Of a DNA stretch of 64,000 nucleotides, positions 18,819 through 29,254 are shown piece by piece. A program made the translations under genes and the position numbers. Source of the stretch: an uncultured Nitrospiraceae bacterium (GTDB lineage Bacteria > Nitrospirota > Thermodesulfovibrionia > Thermodesulfovibrionales > Dissulfurispiraceae). The DNA is taken from NCBI GenBank assembly GCA_963705105.1, contig CAVPIW010000006.1, forward strand, positions 736,001-800,000, given 5' to 3'. Positions within the stretch are counted from its first letter, which is position 1. Every line of letters begins with the position of its first letter. The notes beneath the pieces are model-generated. The model searched no databases. It was not told the origin of the DNA and was given only the letters and a program-made list of their open reading frames with translations.

Positions 18819-21788
18819 ATGAAAAAAGTTTCATTCTGTATGATCGTCGTTGCGGCGATAGCCCTCGTGATCGCACTCGCGAACACAGGCCCGCTCGTAA
18901 CGACGGTGGACGCCTTTGACACATGGAGCACCGCCAGGACTTCCGGCAACTGTGCCGACTGCCACGGGAATTACCAAGCCACGAACTATGTTCCGCAGGC
19001 CGCAGCCAGACAAGGTGTCGTGTGGCCGACAGGCCTGCATAACTCACACCGTAATGCGTCACCGAATAACTTCCTTAACGGCAACTGCAACGCCTGCCAC
19101 TCAGGGACCGCCAGGTTCCCCGTGCCGTTGAACGTATCGGCAGCAGCAGCACCGTTCAACCAGGGCTGCAACGGCTGCCACAGCGGCCCCGGCACCCGCA
19201 ACCATCATGAGCGGCTCGTGGGCGTGGGCACATGTTCAAGCTGCCACGGTGCTGAGCCTATCGGCAACGAGAAGACTCCGCTCCCGGCTGTGTACACGGC
19301 TGCGATCGGGACGACCAGCGGGACGACCAGGATCAACAACCCCTGCAACGACGGCGCTGCCGGTCGTGTGTTCGAGGGTGGCTTCTTTGATGTTTCGACT
19401 GTCGGCCTGGACAACGACGGCGACGGCCTTTACGACCAGGCCGACCCTGACTGCCAGGCAGCGCCCCCGCCGCCCGCCCCGTGCGCCAACTTCACATCGG
19501 CGGCCTGCACGGTTCCCGGAGCTCAGGGCGCCTGTGCGGCAAGCCGGACCGTGTGTAACGCGACCACCGGAGCAGTAACGTGCCCACAGACTGTTCAGCC
19601 CATTGCAGAGACCTGTAACAGCGTGGATGATAACTGCGACGGCACCGTCGATAACATCACGATTGCAAATTGTACGATTCCCGGCCTGTCAGGCCCCTGC
19701 GCCGCCGGCCGGACTGCATGCGTAGCCGGAGCGAACGTCTGCCAGCAGGCAGTTCAGCCTGTAGCGGAAACCTGTAACAACGTGGATGACAACTGCGACG
19801 GCACCGTCGATAACATCACCGCCGCAGCCTGCACCACCGGCCGACCGGGCATCTGCGCCGCCGGAACAACGGCGTGCGCCGCTGGAGCACCCGTCTGCAA
19901 TCAGACGACCCCTCAGGGAACAGAGGGACCGTTCCCTACGCGCTGTGCAGACAATCTGGACAACGACTGTGACGGGCTTACCGACGCGGCAGATCCGCAG
20001 TGTGCGGTCGCTGCCGAAGCGAACTGCTTTGACGGCATCGACAACAACCAGGACGGCCGCATCGACTGCGCCGACCCGACCTGTGCCAACGCGACCGGCC
20101 CTGCCACCACCTGTGGTGTCGGCGCCTGTGCGGCAACTGGTAACAGGGTGTGCCGTAATGGTGTAGAGGCCAATACGTGTATTGCCGGCGCACCGACTGC
20201 AGAAGTCTGCGACGGCCGCGACAACGACTGTAACGGCACAGTGGACAACGGCATCGCCGCGACAGCCATCACCTGCGGAACCGGCGCATGTCAGAGGACC
20301 GGCCAAAGAGTGTGCCAGGCCGGGGCGCTTGTTAACCAGTGCACCCCCGGAACGCCCACCGCCGAAACCTGCAACAACATCGACGACGACTGTAACGGCG
20401 TCATCGACAACATCGCAGCAGTGGTGACCAACTGCGGCGTAGGCGCATGCGCGACCACCGGCCAGCAGGTCTGCCAGAACGGCGCAACCGTTAACACCTG
20501 TACGCCTCTGGCGGCGGGAGTTGAAGGTCCCTTCGGTACTGCTTCCTGCGGAGACGGCCGCGACAACGACTGTGACGGCACGACCGATGCAGCAGATCAG
20601 GGCTGTGTACAGCAGTGTGTCCCGACCACTGAAATCTGTGACGGCGTCGACAACGACTGCGACGGCCAGATTGATGAGGGCATCGCGCCGGTTACCATCA
20701 ACTGCGGCGTCGGCGCCTGCGCGACCTCCGGCCAGAGAGTCTGCGTGAACGGCAGGCTTGCCGACCAGTGCACGCCCCTTCCCGCAGGAGTTGAAGGTCC
20801 CTTCGGCACTGCTACTTGTGCAGACGGTATCGACAACGACTGCGACGGCATCGTTGACGCAGCCGATCAGAACTGTGTGCTGGTCTGTGTCCCGACACCT
20901 GAAATCTGTGACGGTAAGGACAACGACTGCAACGGCGTCATCGACGACAACATTGCTGCGACTCCGACCACCTGCGGCGTCGGTGCTTGTGCGAACAACG
21001 GACAGAGGGTCTGCCAGAACGGGCAGCTCGTCGACACCTGCCAGCCTCGGCCCGCGGGTGCTGAGCAGTTCGGAGTCGGTACCGCCTGCTCCGACAACAT
21101 CGACAACGACTGCGACACCCTCGTGGACGCAGCGGATCCGGGCTGCTTTACCCCAGCCCCGGCGGTTGAGCAGGCATGCTTTGACGGCGTCGACAACGAC
21201 CTTGATGGCCGGGTCGACTGCGCTGATCCCGACTGCGCTACTGCAGTTGACGCAGCATGCAACACCGGTCTTGCCGGCCCCTGTGCGGCAGGCCAGACGA
21301 AATGCGTGAACGGCGCTGCCGCATGCGTGCAGAACGTGCTCCCGATTGCTGAGATCTGCACCGACGGTATCGACAACAACTGCGACGGTCTGACCGACAA
21401 CTGTCAGGTGCAGCCGCCGCCGGTAGTGCTGACAGACGTCGACTTCGAGGGCTTCAACGTTGCGGGCAGGGTCAATATCTGCCCTGCGCCGAGAACGCCC
21501 GTTTTCAGGCCCTCCGTCACTGTGGAGAACGAGGGCAGCACTCAGGCGTGTGTCAACGTGACCGTTGTGGGTGTCCAGAACGGCGTTGAAGTCTACCGCC
21601 AGGTCAGGAATGTCTGCCTGAACCACGACCAGGAGACCAGGGTCAGCTTCCCGGAGCCGAGTGTGCGGGGGATCAAGGCCGGCACCATCACGTGGACCGC
21701 GTCCATTGCCGACGACAATACGGACAGGGATCTGCGCACGGCGGCAACCAGGGTCTTGTGCTACTCTTCCAGCTCGAGTAGAGACTAA
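18819..21788 (+). CDS. Secreted tetraheme cytochrome c with about 14 Cys/Asp-rich (MopE-like metal-binding) repeats
   Basis: Signal peptide; CADCH, CNACH, CNGCH, CSSCH; repeated ExCDGxDNDCDG. Confidence 0.85.
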   Translation: MKKVSFCMIVVAAIALVIALANTGPLVTTVDAFDTWSTARTSGNCADCHGNYQATNYVPQAAARQGVVWPTGLHNSHRNASPNNFLNGNCNACHSGTARFPVPLNVSAAAAPFNQGCNGCHSGPGTRNHHERLVGVGTCSSCHGAEPIGNEKTPLPAVYTAAIGTTSGTTRINNPCNDGAAGRVFEGGFFDVSTVGLDNDGDGLYDQADPDCQAAPPPPAPCANFTSAACTVPGAQGACAASRTVCNATTGAVTCPQTVQPIAETCNSVDDNCDGTVDNITIANCTIPGLSGPCAAGRTACVAGANVCQQAVQPVAETCNNVDDNCDGTVDNITAAACTTGRPGICAAGTTACAAGAPVCNQTTPQGTEGPFPTRCADNLDNDCDGLTDAADPQCAVAAEANCFDGIDNNQDGRIDCADPTCANATGPATTCGVGACAATGNRVCRNGVEANTCIAGAPTAEVCDGRDNDCNGTVDNGIAATAITCGTGACQRTGQRVCQAGALVNQCTPGTPTAETCNNIDDDCNGVIDNIAAVVTNCGVGACATTGQQVCQNGATVNTCTPLAAGVEGPFGTASCGDGRDNDCDGTTDAADQGCVQQCVPTTEICDGVDNDCDGQIDEGIAPVTINCGVGACATSGQRVCVNGRLADQCTPLPAGVEGPFGTATCADGIDNDCDGIVDAADQNCVLVCVPTPEICDGKDNDCNGVIDDNIAATPTTCGVGACANNGQRVCQNGQLVDTCQPRPAGAEQFGVGTACSDNIDNDCDTLVDAADPGCFTPAPAVEQACFDGVDNDLDGRVDCADPDCATAVDAACNTGLAGPCAAGQTKCVNGAAACVQNVLPIAEICTDGIDNNCDGLTDNCQVQPPPVVLTDVDFEGFNVAGRVNICPAPRTPVFRPSVTVENEGSTQACVNVTVVGVQNGVEVYRQVRNVCLNHDQETRVSFPEPSVRGIKAGTITWTASIADDNTDRDLRTAATRVLCYSSSSSRD

Positions 21789-21796
21789 CAGACAAC

Positions 21797-21827
21797 GAAA
21801 GAGGCGCGGGTGACCGCGCCTCTCTTC
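21797..21827 (+). terminator. Hairpin after the gene
   Basis: AGAGGCGCGG-gtga-CCGCGCCTCT. Confidence 0.6.
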
Positions 21828-22043
21828 ACCTGTTAACAACAGATGAGGTGGAGGGGAGCATCCCTCCACCTTTTTTATGCGAAGCAGGGGCACGCAGCAG
21901 ACAAAAAGGGCCGGGGTTCCCGGCATTACACGTTCGTCCTCGATGGTCGCAACAGGTTTGCATTCATTTGCCTTTTCGTTGCGTCGGAAGTCACAATAAT
22001 TTCTCTGCGACAAGCAGAGCATCTGATTACCAGGAGGTGCATA

Positions 22044-22895
22044 GTGCGACACGCACGCGTTTCTTTCTTGGCCGGACTGATTGTCACGGCACTGATGCTT
22101 CTCGCGCTCCCCTTCCCGTCGCAGGCGGCGATGGAGTGGAGCAGCCTGAAGCAGTTGGGCCTCGACAAGGAGCCTCTCGACGTCGCCACGTCGGAAGACG
22201 GGAGGTACGTATTCATCCTGGTGAGCGGTGAGGTACTCGCCTATTCGGTCCCCGACTATAAGCTGACGGACAGGATCCCCGTGGGGGCAAACTTCGACAG
22301 GCTCACTCCCGGAAAGAACAACACCCTTGTCCTGACGAGCAAGTCGAAGAAGGAGCTCCGGATCATACAACTCACGGCGAGGCATACCTTCGACCTGTCC
22401 GGTCTCGCCGTCAAGGGACCGGCAAAGGCGCCGGTGACGATCGCGGTCTTCAGCGACTATCAGTGACCATACTGTGCGAGCCTTGAGCCGCTCCTCCAGC
22501 AGGTGCTGGAGAAATTTCCCAAAGAAGTGAAAATCGTCGAGAAGAATTTCCCCCTGCAGATGCACAAATTCGCCCGTCAGGCCGCCACTGCGTCCCTCGC
22601 GGCCCACAGGCAGGGCAAGTTCCAGGAGTTTCACAAAAAGCTCTTCGAGTCCATGGCAAGCCTGAGCGATGCGAAGGTGCAGGAAATCGCCAAGCAACTG
22701 AACCTGGACATGGACAAGTTCAACAAGGACCTGACAGACCCGGCCATACAGACCATCATCAACCGCGATCTCCAGGAAGGGACTGCAGCAGGCGTACGCG
22801 GAACGCCGACGATCTTTGTGAACGGCCTGCTCCTCACCAGCCGGGGCATCGAGGGATTCGAGCAGGCGATCAAACAGGAGCTGAAAAAGAAGTAA
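22044..22895 (+). CDS. Exported thioredoxin/DsbA-family selenoprotein (UxxC; Sec codon 22464-22466)
   Basis: VFSDYQ-TGA-PYC continues in frame into ORF 22503..22895 (NFPL, GVRGTPTIFVNG); AGGAGG RBS before GTG. Confidence 0.9.
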
Positions 22896-23322
22896 CGCTT
22901 TGTGGGGTCAGACTTGCAAATTGCTTTGTCGTGTGCTGATGTCTGAAATGCTTGATCCGTCACAATCGCATTTTTCATAGATTATGGGCCTGAAGGGTTT
23001 TACCCATGATTGACGAGCTCGTTATGCTGATTGAAGAAATCGGGAAGGCTCCATATCGACCGCGCCATTGACGTGCACCGGATTGTGCCGGTATCTGCCA
23101 CATTGTCCTCAGCGATGCTGACGCAGCGCGAGAGGTCATTTCCTCCCGCTCCTGCCTGCTCAGCATCGCCATACCCCCTCCTCAGTTCCCCACAGTGATT
23201 GCCGAAGCCGAAAAGGGCGAAGTGTTTCCGGCAGGCGCAACATTAAGAGAGAAGAGAGCCGATTGACAAAACTTTTTTTTGGGTTTATTATGTGCATATG
23301 CACATTTCAAGGAGGAATTGCC

Positions 23323-23733
23323 ATGAAGCTCTGTTTTCCCGTTGAGACCCACGAGGGGCTCAACAGCGCCGTTTACGGCCACTTCGGCTCAGCCCCCCTC
23401 TTCATCGTCTTCGACACCGTGTCGCAAGACATCACGACGATCAATAACCGCGATCTCCATCATGCCCACGGCGCCTGCAATCCCGTGAAGGCTCTGAACG
23501 GACAGCAGGTCGATGCGGTCATCGTGGGCGGCATCGGCGGAGGCGCGCTGATGGGACTGAACCGGTCCGGCATCAGGGTACTGCAGGCGGCCGGCCGCAC
23601 CATCAGGGACAACGTCAGTCTCTTTCACAGGAACAAGCTCGCCGAATTCACACCCTCGCACACCTGCAGCGGCCATTCTCATGACGGAGCCTGCTCACAC
23701 GGGTCTCCCGTGAAGTTCGGCCGTCAGTCCTGA
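23323..23733 (+). CDS. NifB/NifX family Fe-Mo cluster-binding protein
   Basis: VYGHFGSAP, VDAVIVGGIGGGA, His/Cys-rich tail. Confidence 0.88.
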   Translation: MKLCFPVETHEGLNSAVYGHFGSAPLFIVFDTVSQDITTINNRDLHHAHGACNPVKALNGQQVDAVIVGGIGGGALMGLNRSGIRVLQAAGRTIRDNVSLFHRNKLAEFTPSHTCSGHSHDGACSHGSPVKFGRQS

Positions 23734-23755
23734 CATCCGGAAGAACGTTTCACAC

Positions 23756-24967
23756 ATGGAGGATATTTCCTTTCAGTCGGCATTTGAGAGTGTACTCTCT
23801 ACGATATCCCCCCTTGCCGCGGAAGAAATTCCGATCGGGCACTCCCTGGGGCGCGTTATAGCGGATGACCTTTTCTCCCTTGTCGCGGCGCCCTCCGCCG
23901 ACGTTTCACTAAAAGACGGGTACGCCGTCAGGTCCTCCGATATCGCCGGGGCTGATGATAGTAACCCGGTTTCGCTACGCGTGACGGGGACGATCGCGGC
24001 AGGGTCGGATGCTTCCTGTACGGTCACCGAGGGAACGGCGATCAGGGTGTTGTCGGGCGCCCCGATCCCCCCGGGCGCCGATGCCGTTCTCGCCCGAGAG
24101 TTCGTCAGGGAAAGCGGAGAGTTTCTCAAAACCCGGACCGGCATCACGAAAGGCCAGAACATCCTGTTCAGAGGCACGGACATCAGGGAAGGCGAAAAGA
24201 TCCTTCTGAAAGGCACGAGGCTCGGACCTCTCCAGGTCGGACTCGTGGCGGCGTCAGGCCATGCGTCGGTAATCGTTCACGGAAATCCGCGCGTGTCCGT
24301 CATAGCAACAGGCAGCGAGGTTCTTGCTCCCGGTCAGCGAATGAAATCAGGAAAGGTATACGCGAGCAACCTCCTCTCCCTCGCTGCCTGGTGCTCTTCC
24401 TACGGCATGCATGTCACGACGTCCGTCATCGAGGACGACGAAGAGTCGATCGCCGCGGCTATAAGGGCATCCCGTAAAACCTCCGACTGCATCATCACGA
24501 GCGGAGGCGCCTGGAAAGGCGAACGTGATCTCGTCGTGAGAGTGCTCGATACAATCGGATGGCGCAAGGTCTTCCATCGTGTGAAGATGGGGCCGGGCAA
24601 GGCCGTCGGCTTCGGACTGCTTGGCGGGAAGCCCGTCTTCTGTCTTCCCGGCGGGCCGCCGTCCAACCAGATGGCATTTCTCCAGCTCGCCCTGCCCGGC
24701 TTGCTCGCCCTTTCCGGTCAAGGGAAGACAGCCCTTCCGGAGTCCACAGCGATTCTCGGAGAGACGGTGCAGGGGCAGCGGGACTGGACCCAGTTTATCT
24801 GGGGCGTCCTGGAGCAGGGGCAGCACGATCCGGTCTTCCGGCCCATCCTGTCTCCGAGCCGGCTGCAGTCCATGGCGAAGGCCGGGGCGATCCTGTGCAT
24901 ACCGGAGGGGATGTCCTGCATCGAGACGGGGCAGCGTGTGACGATTCAGCTCCTGAAAGTCTGCTGA
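23756..24967 (+). CDS. moeA: Molybdopterin molybdotransferase
   Basis: SLKDGYAV, GAPIPPGADAV, ATGSE, ITSGG, PGK, LPG. Confidence 0.92.
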   Translation: MEDISFQSAFESVLSTISPLAAEEIPIGHSLGRVIADDLFSLVAAPSADVSLKDGYAVRSSDIAGADDSNPVSLRVTGTIAAGSDASCTVTEGTAIRVLSGAPIPPGADAVLAREFVRESGEFLKTRTGITKGQNILFRGTDIREGEKILLKGTRLGPLQVGLVAASGHASVIVHGNPRVSVIATGSEVLAPGQRMKSGKVYASNLLSLAAWCSSYGMHVTTSVIEDDEESIAAAIRASRKTSDCIITSGGAWKGERDLVVRVLDTIGWRKVFHRVKMGPGKAVGFGLLGGKPVFCLPGGPPSNQMAFLQLALPGLLALSGQGKTALPESTAILGETVQGQRDWTQFIWGVLEQGQHDPVFRPILSPSRLQSMAKAGAILCIPEGMSCIETGQRVTIQLLKVC

Positions 24968-24981
24968 TGGATGAGGATTAT

Positions 24982-25574
24982 CCCTGTGGTTGCATGAAAA
25001 GGCGGGGCGAAGCGCTCTGAAAAACAGTGTCAGTGTCAGTGTGAGTGTCAGCAAAATGTTCACCTTTTTCAGCCGCCGGCCTGAAATGCTCTCCACGGGA
25101 CGGCAGCGGTTTCGCAGCACCGATGCTTTTCGGCGCATTCACCCCGCTTTTCGGTCGGGAATATGAAGAAATATGTCATCTCAAGGTGTTCAGCGCTTGG
25201 TGCCTGACGGGCTTCTGGTATTAATAGACCTTATCGTTGCAATACACTTCCGGGAAAGGCGGGGCGTATGCGCCGAAAACCTTGCTGCGGCGACACCATA
25301 ACTCTCACAGAAGACAACCTTTCTAACCAATGGTCGACCACACAAAGAGTGGAATCCTGAAAGACAAACCAGACGAGGCGTATCGTCGCCTTCAGCAAGG
25401 CTTTGAGGCGTTTCGCCACGCCTTTCTATGCAAGGTAGACACGGCAAAGGGTTGTCTGGGGATGAATGAGGTATCTTAGCGGAAAGGCTTTTCACCACAT
25501 CAGCCTTCCCGCCTTAGTGACTTTCAGTGGCATCTTCACCCCGCCTTTCCCGGGAGTGTGTCGCAACGATAAGG
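24982..25574. mobile_element. Composite MITE-like element, TSD TTAT
   Basis: CCCTGTGGTTGCA ... CGCAACGATAAGG; TTAT at 24978-24981 and 25575-25578. Confidence 0.8.
25229..25435. mobile_element. MITE nested inside the composite element, TSD TAGA
   Basis: TAGA flanks both sides; the host module is uninterrupted near 32340-32370 and 45255-45285. Confidence 0.85.
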
Positions 25575-25681
25575 TTATGGTACACTTATGCATCCGGTGA
25601 ACCAGGCATCATCGGCGTACCGGGAGATGATAGACCGGTGATGCGGCATAACGGCGCGGGAAAACAACAGAGGGACGTCTA

Positions 25682-26725
25682 ATGGACCTGCAGAAAATCT
25701 ACACCATGATCCTGAACAAACTTCCCCTCGGCTTTTCCGTCGTCGATCAGGACGGGATCATCGTTGACTTCAACAGCGCCGCCGAGCAGATAACGGGATA
25801 CTCGCGGGATGAAGTCCTCGGCAGGTCGCATCTGGATATCCTCCACGGCACATCGGACGCACATGACTGTCCACTGTACTCTCGTGCACTGACCCAACAG
25901 GAACAAACAATCGCCGCAGATTCTGTCATCAGAAAAAAGAGCGGCGAACTGATTACGATCACTGTCAGCGCCTTCCCCCTCTTTGACGAGGAGAACCGGT
26001 TCATCGGCGGATTCGAGCTTTTCAGGGATATCAGCGAACGGAGAAGGCTGGAGCGTGAACGGGGGCACATCCTCTCCATGTTCGCCCATGACATGAAGAA
26101 TCCGGTCATGACGGCCATGGGCTTCACGTCACGGATCCTCACGGGCAAGTCGGGGCCTCTGACGGACCTGCAGAAGGACGGGCTCGGTCTCGTCATAGAG
26201 GAACTCGAGACGCTGCAGGAGCTCGTCATGGATTTCCTAGAATTTTCCCGCTTCGAGTCGAAAGGCAAAGATCTTGCAATAACCTGCATCAACATCGAAC
26301 AGATCATCATGAAGCACCTCGAAAGGGTCCGGCCGGCTGCTGCTGAGAAGAACATAACCGTTCACTTTACCCCGTCTGAATCGGGCAATCGCGAGGTGCA
26401 GGCGGACGAGCACCTGATCGAACGTGTCATCGTCAATCTGCTCGACAACGCGGTGAAATACACGAATCCGGGAGGTTCCATCACCGTGACGGTTTCGGCC
26501 GGCGAGTCCGAAATACTTGTCCGCATCCGTGATACGGGCGTCGGCATTCCCGAAAAACACATGCCCTATATCTTCGATGCCTTTTACCGCGCCCACCGTG
26601 ACGCAAGGGGCTCCGGGCTCGGCCTGTCCATCGCCAAAATGATCATATCGGCCCACGGCGGAAGGATCTGGGCCGACAGCGTCGTCGGGGAAGGAAGCAC
26701 CTTTTCCTTTTCCCTGCCGAAATAG
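25682..26725 (+). CDS. PAS domain sensor histidine kinase
   Basis: FNSAAEQITGY; AHDMKNP; NLLDNAVKY; DTGVGI; GSGLGL. Confidence 0.93.
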   Translation: MDLQKIYTMILNKLPLGFSVVDQDGIIVDFNSAAEQITGYSRDEVLGRSHLDILHGTSDAHDCPLYSRALTQQEQTIAADSVIRKKSGELITITVSAFPLFDEENRFIGGFELFRDISERRRLERERGHILSMFAHDMKNPVMTAMGFTSRILTGKSGPLTDLQKDGLGLVIEELETLQELVMDFLEFSRFESKGKDLAITCINIEQIIMKHLERVRPAAAEKNITVHFTPSESGNREVQADEHLIERVIVNLLDNAVKYTNPGGSITVTVSAGESEILVRIRDTGVGIPEKHMPYIFDAFYRAHRDARGSGLGLSIAKMIISAHGGRIWADSVVGEGSTFSFSLPK

Positions 26726-26739
26726 GCGGAACACAAAAA

Positions 26740-26964
26740 TCTTGCATGAAAAGGCGGGGCAAAGTGCTCTGAAAAATAGTGTCAGTGACAGTGTGAGTGT
26801 CAGTTCATTAATGTCGGGCCGTTCGGGGAACGGCCCCTACACGATTCGATTCCATTCTTTGTGGCATCGACCGTCTGTCTGAAATGGTCTGTATGGGAAG
26901 GCAAAGGTTTCACAGCACCAGGGCTTTGAGGCATTTTGTCCCGCCTTTTCATGCAACGGGAAGG
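26740..26964. mobile_element. MITE-like element with AGTGTC tract and GTAG REP
   Basis: TTGCATGAAAAGGCGGG / CCCGCCTTTTCATGCAA inverted ends. Confidence 0.7.
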
Positions 26965-26979
26965 TAAATCCTGCGCATA

Positions 26980-27762
26980 GTGGACAACAATCTGAAAGTC
27001 GCGACATTCAACGTCAATTCCGTCAGGGCACGGCTCGCCATCATCCTCGACTGGCTGCGGAAAGAGTCTCCTGACGTCCTCTGTCTGCAGGAAACGAAGG
27101 TGCCGGACACTGATTTTCCCCTCGCTGCTTTTGAGGAGGCCGGCTATCATACGGCGTTCCGCGGAGAAAAGGGATACAACGGCGTCGCCATCTTGAGCCG
27201 AACCGCGATGGACGACGTCCGCATAGGTTTCGATGACCTGGAATCGGGCGGGTCGAGACTCATCACGGCCACATGCGGGGGGATCGTCATCATGAATACC
27301 TATGTCCCGCAGGGCTTCCATCCGCTGTCCGAACAGTTCCGCGAAAAGCTGGACTGGCTCCAACGCCTTTACGATTATCTCCGGGGCCGGTTCCGTCCCG
27401 ATGACCCGCTCCTGTGGGCCGGCGACTTCAATATAGCCCCATCGTCGGAGGATGTTTACGACCCGAACCACCTCTACGGCCAGGTCGGGTATCATCCCGA
27501 TGAGCATGCCGTCCTCGATATCCTGCGGCGATGGGGATTGACAGACCTGTTCCGCCTGCACCATCCTGAGGCCGGTCAATTCACATTCTGGGACTATCGC
27601 ATGAAAAAGGCTCTCGATAAAAACATGGGGTGGAGGATCGATCACATCTGGGCGACGCGCCCCCTTGCCCTGCGGTGCACGGCCGCATGGATCGATGTCT
27701 CGCCGAGACGGCTGGAGAGGCCCTCCGATCACACTCCCGTCGTGGCGGAATTCAGCAACTAG
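26980..27762 (+). CDS. xth: Exodeoxyribonuclease III
   Basis: ATFNVNS, LQETK, YNGVAIL, GDFNIAP, GWRIDH, PSDHTPV. Confidence 0.95.
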   Translation: MDNNLKVATFNVNSVRARLAIILDWLRKESPDVLCLQETKVPDTDFPLAAFEEAGYHTAFRGEKGYNGVAILSRTAMDDVRIGFDDLESGGSRLITATCGGIVIMNTYVPQGFHPLSEQFREKLDWLQRLYDYLRGRFRPDDPLLWAGDFNIAPSSEDVYDPNHLYGQVGYHPDEHAVLDILRRWGLTDLFRLHHPEAGQFTFWDYRMKKALDKNMGWRIDHIWATRPLALRCTAAWIDVSPRRLERPSDHTPVVAEFSN

Positions 27763-27767
27763 GAACC

Positions 27768-28067
27768 ATGTCACCGCGATACAAGAAACCGAGGCGTTGC
27801 CAGTGTCCCTTCAGGGACATGAAGGGCCGGATCTTCAAGCCCTCCGCCATTCCCATGAGCCAACTGGAACATGTCACCCTCTTTCGTGATGAACTCGAGG
27901 CGATGAGACTCTGCGATACCGAAGACATGACGCAGGAGGAAGCGGGTCGGCAGATGGGCATCTCGCGGGGAACGGTGCAACGTCTCCTGTCAAGCGGGAG
28001 AAGCAAGCTCGTCGATGCGATCATCGGGACGAAGGCCCTGATCCTGGAGGATGAGGAAACGTCGTGA
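27768..28067 (+). CDS. DUF134 family putative DNA-binding protein
   Basis: FKP...DELEAMRLCD...QEEAGRQMGISRGT. Confidence 0.88.
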   Translation: MSPRYKKPRRCQCPFRDMKGRIFKPSAIPMSQLEHVTLFRDELEAMRLCDTEDMTQEEAGRQMGISRGTVQRLLSSGRSKLVDAIIGTKALILEDEETS

Positions 28068-28132
28068 AACAGTGTCAGTGCCAGTGAAAGGCATTCATTG
28101 TTGTTCACTTCCCTTGCCCGCTGCTGACTTCA

Positions 28133-28330
28133 CCTTATCGTTGCAATACACTCCCAGGAAAGGCGGGGTGTATGCGCCGAAAACCTTGCTGCGGCGACAC
28201 CGTAACCCTCACAGAAGACAACCTTTCAAGCCAATGGTCGATCACACAAAGAGTGGAATCCTGAAAGACAAACCTGACGAGGCGTATCGTCGCCTTCAGC
28301 AAGGCTTTGAGACGCTTCGCCACACCTTTG
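28133..28330. mobile_element. MITE-like element with degenerate right end
   Basis: Near-identical to 25229-25435. Confidence 0.75.
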
Positions 28331-28610
28331 CAGTCTCACTCTAATTCGCAAAGCACGCAAAGAAAAAACAGAAGCCCTCATCCCCGCCTTTCCCGGCGAA
28401 CCTGGCGTCTTTGCGCGATAATTCGCTTGCGTTGCCTGCGTTTTCTGCCCGTCAAGACTGCTGACTGCCGAACGGCGGCTAAGTATTTTTTACAAACGAT
28501 TGACAGGTATGCATTTTTTCATTGACGAAACCACCCTAATTCTATAATAATTACAATGCGCGAACGCATGGCGAAAACGCGCTCCGTCAACTTCAGCCCA
28601 GGAGGCAGGT

Positions 28611-28967
28611 ATGGCAGTGAAGAAAGATGTCGAAAAGACGGTCAAGAAAGCCGTCAAGACGGTGAAGGCCGCCGAGAAGAAAATCGTTAAGAAGGCCGCA
28701 TCGTCGGCAAAGGCCATCGAGAAGAAGGTGACCAAAGGCGCCGAAGGTCTGGCTAAGGATGTCAAGAAGGGCGTCGCCAAGACTGCAAAACAAGTGGAGA
28801 AGAAGCTGACGAAGGGCGCCGCAAGTCTTGCGAAAGACGTCAAGAAAGGTGTCGCCAAGACCGCCAAAACCGTCGAAAAGAAAGTGGCCAAAACAGCCAA
28901 GACGGTCGAGAAAAAAGTTACCAAGCAGACGAAGGCCGCTGTCAAGGCCGTCAAGAAGTTGACGTAA
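28611..28967 (+). CDS. Lys/Ala/Val-rich histone H1-like repetitive protein
   Basis: AGGAGG RBS; repeated AKDVKKGVAKTAK and VEKK. Confidence 0.75.
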   Translation: MAVKKDVEKTVKKAVKTVKAAEKKIVKKAASSAKAIEKKVTKGAEGLAKDVKKGVAKTAKQVEKKLTKGAASLAKDVKKGVAKTAKTVEKKVAKTAKTVEKKVTKQTKAAVKAVKKLT

Positions 28968-29254
28968 TCCACAGAAAAATTACCTTTCAGTGAAGGGGAG
29001 AAATGCGGCGACATGCCGGTTTCTCCCCTCCTTTGTTTGAAGCCATCCTTACTGCAGCCCCTCTCGCCATTGCGGTCCGTAACACCTCCAACTTCCTTGT
29101 TGTAATTTTTGTATTGAAGTATATACTTTGAGTATGGTATATAGGATTGCTTGACAGAGTCGCAGAGAGAACCGTCAGTCGATGTTCTTCATCGCGGTTT
29201 GAGGAATAAACACACCTTCTTTGAGGGTATGAAATAATAGGAAAAGGAGGGATT

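Noticed and set aside
19689..22697. 1002-aa minus-strand ORF
   Set aside because: Antisense shadow of the GC-rich repeat cytochrome and thioredoxin genes; no recognisable motifs
25190..25498. Short recurring ORFs such as MAKRLKALLKAT and MVKSLS
   Set aside because: They are translations of MITE modules with inconsistent frames and stops between copies
29135..29150. sigma54-like TGGTAT...TTGC upstream of the first selenocytochrome
   Set aside because: GG-to-GC spacing is 11, not the required 10
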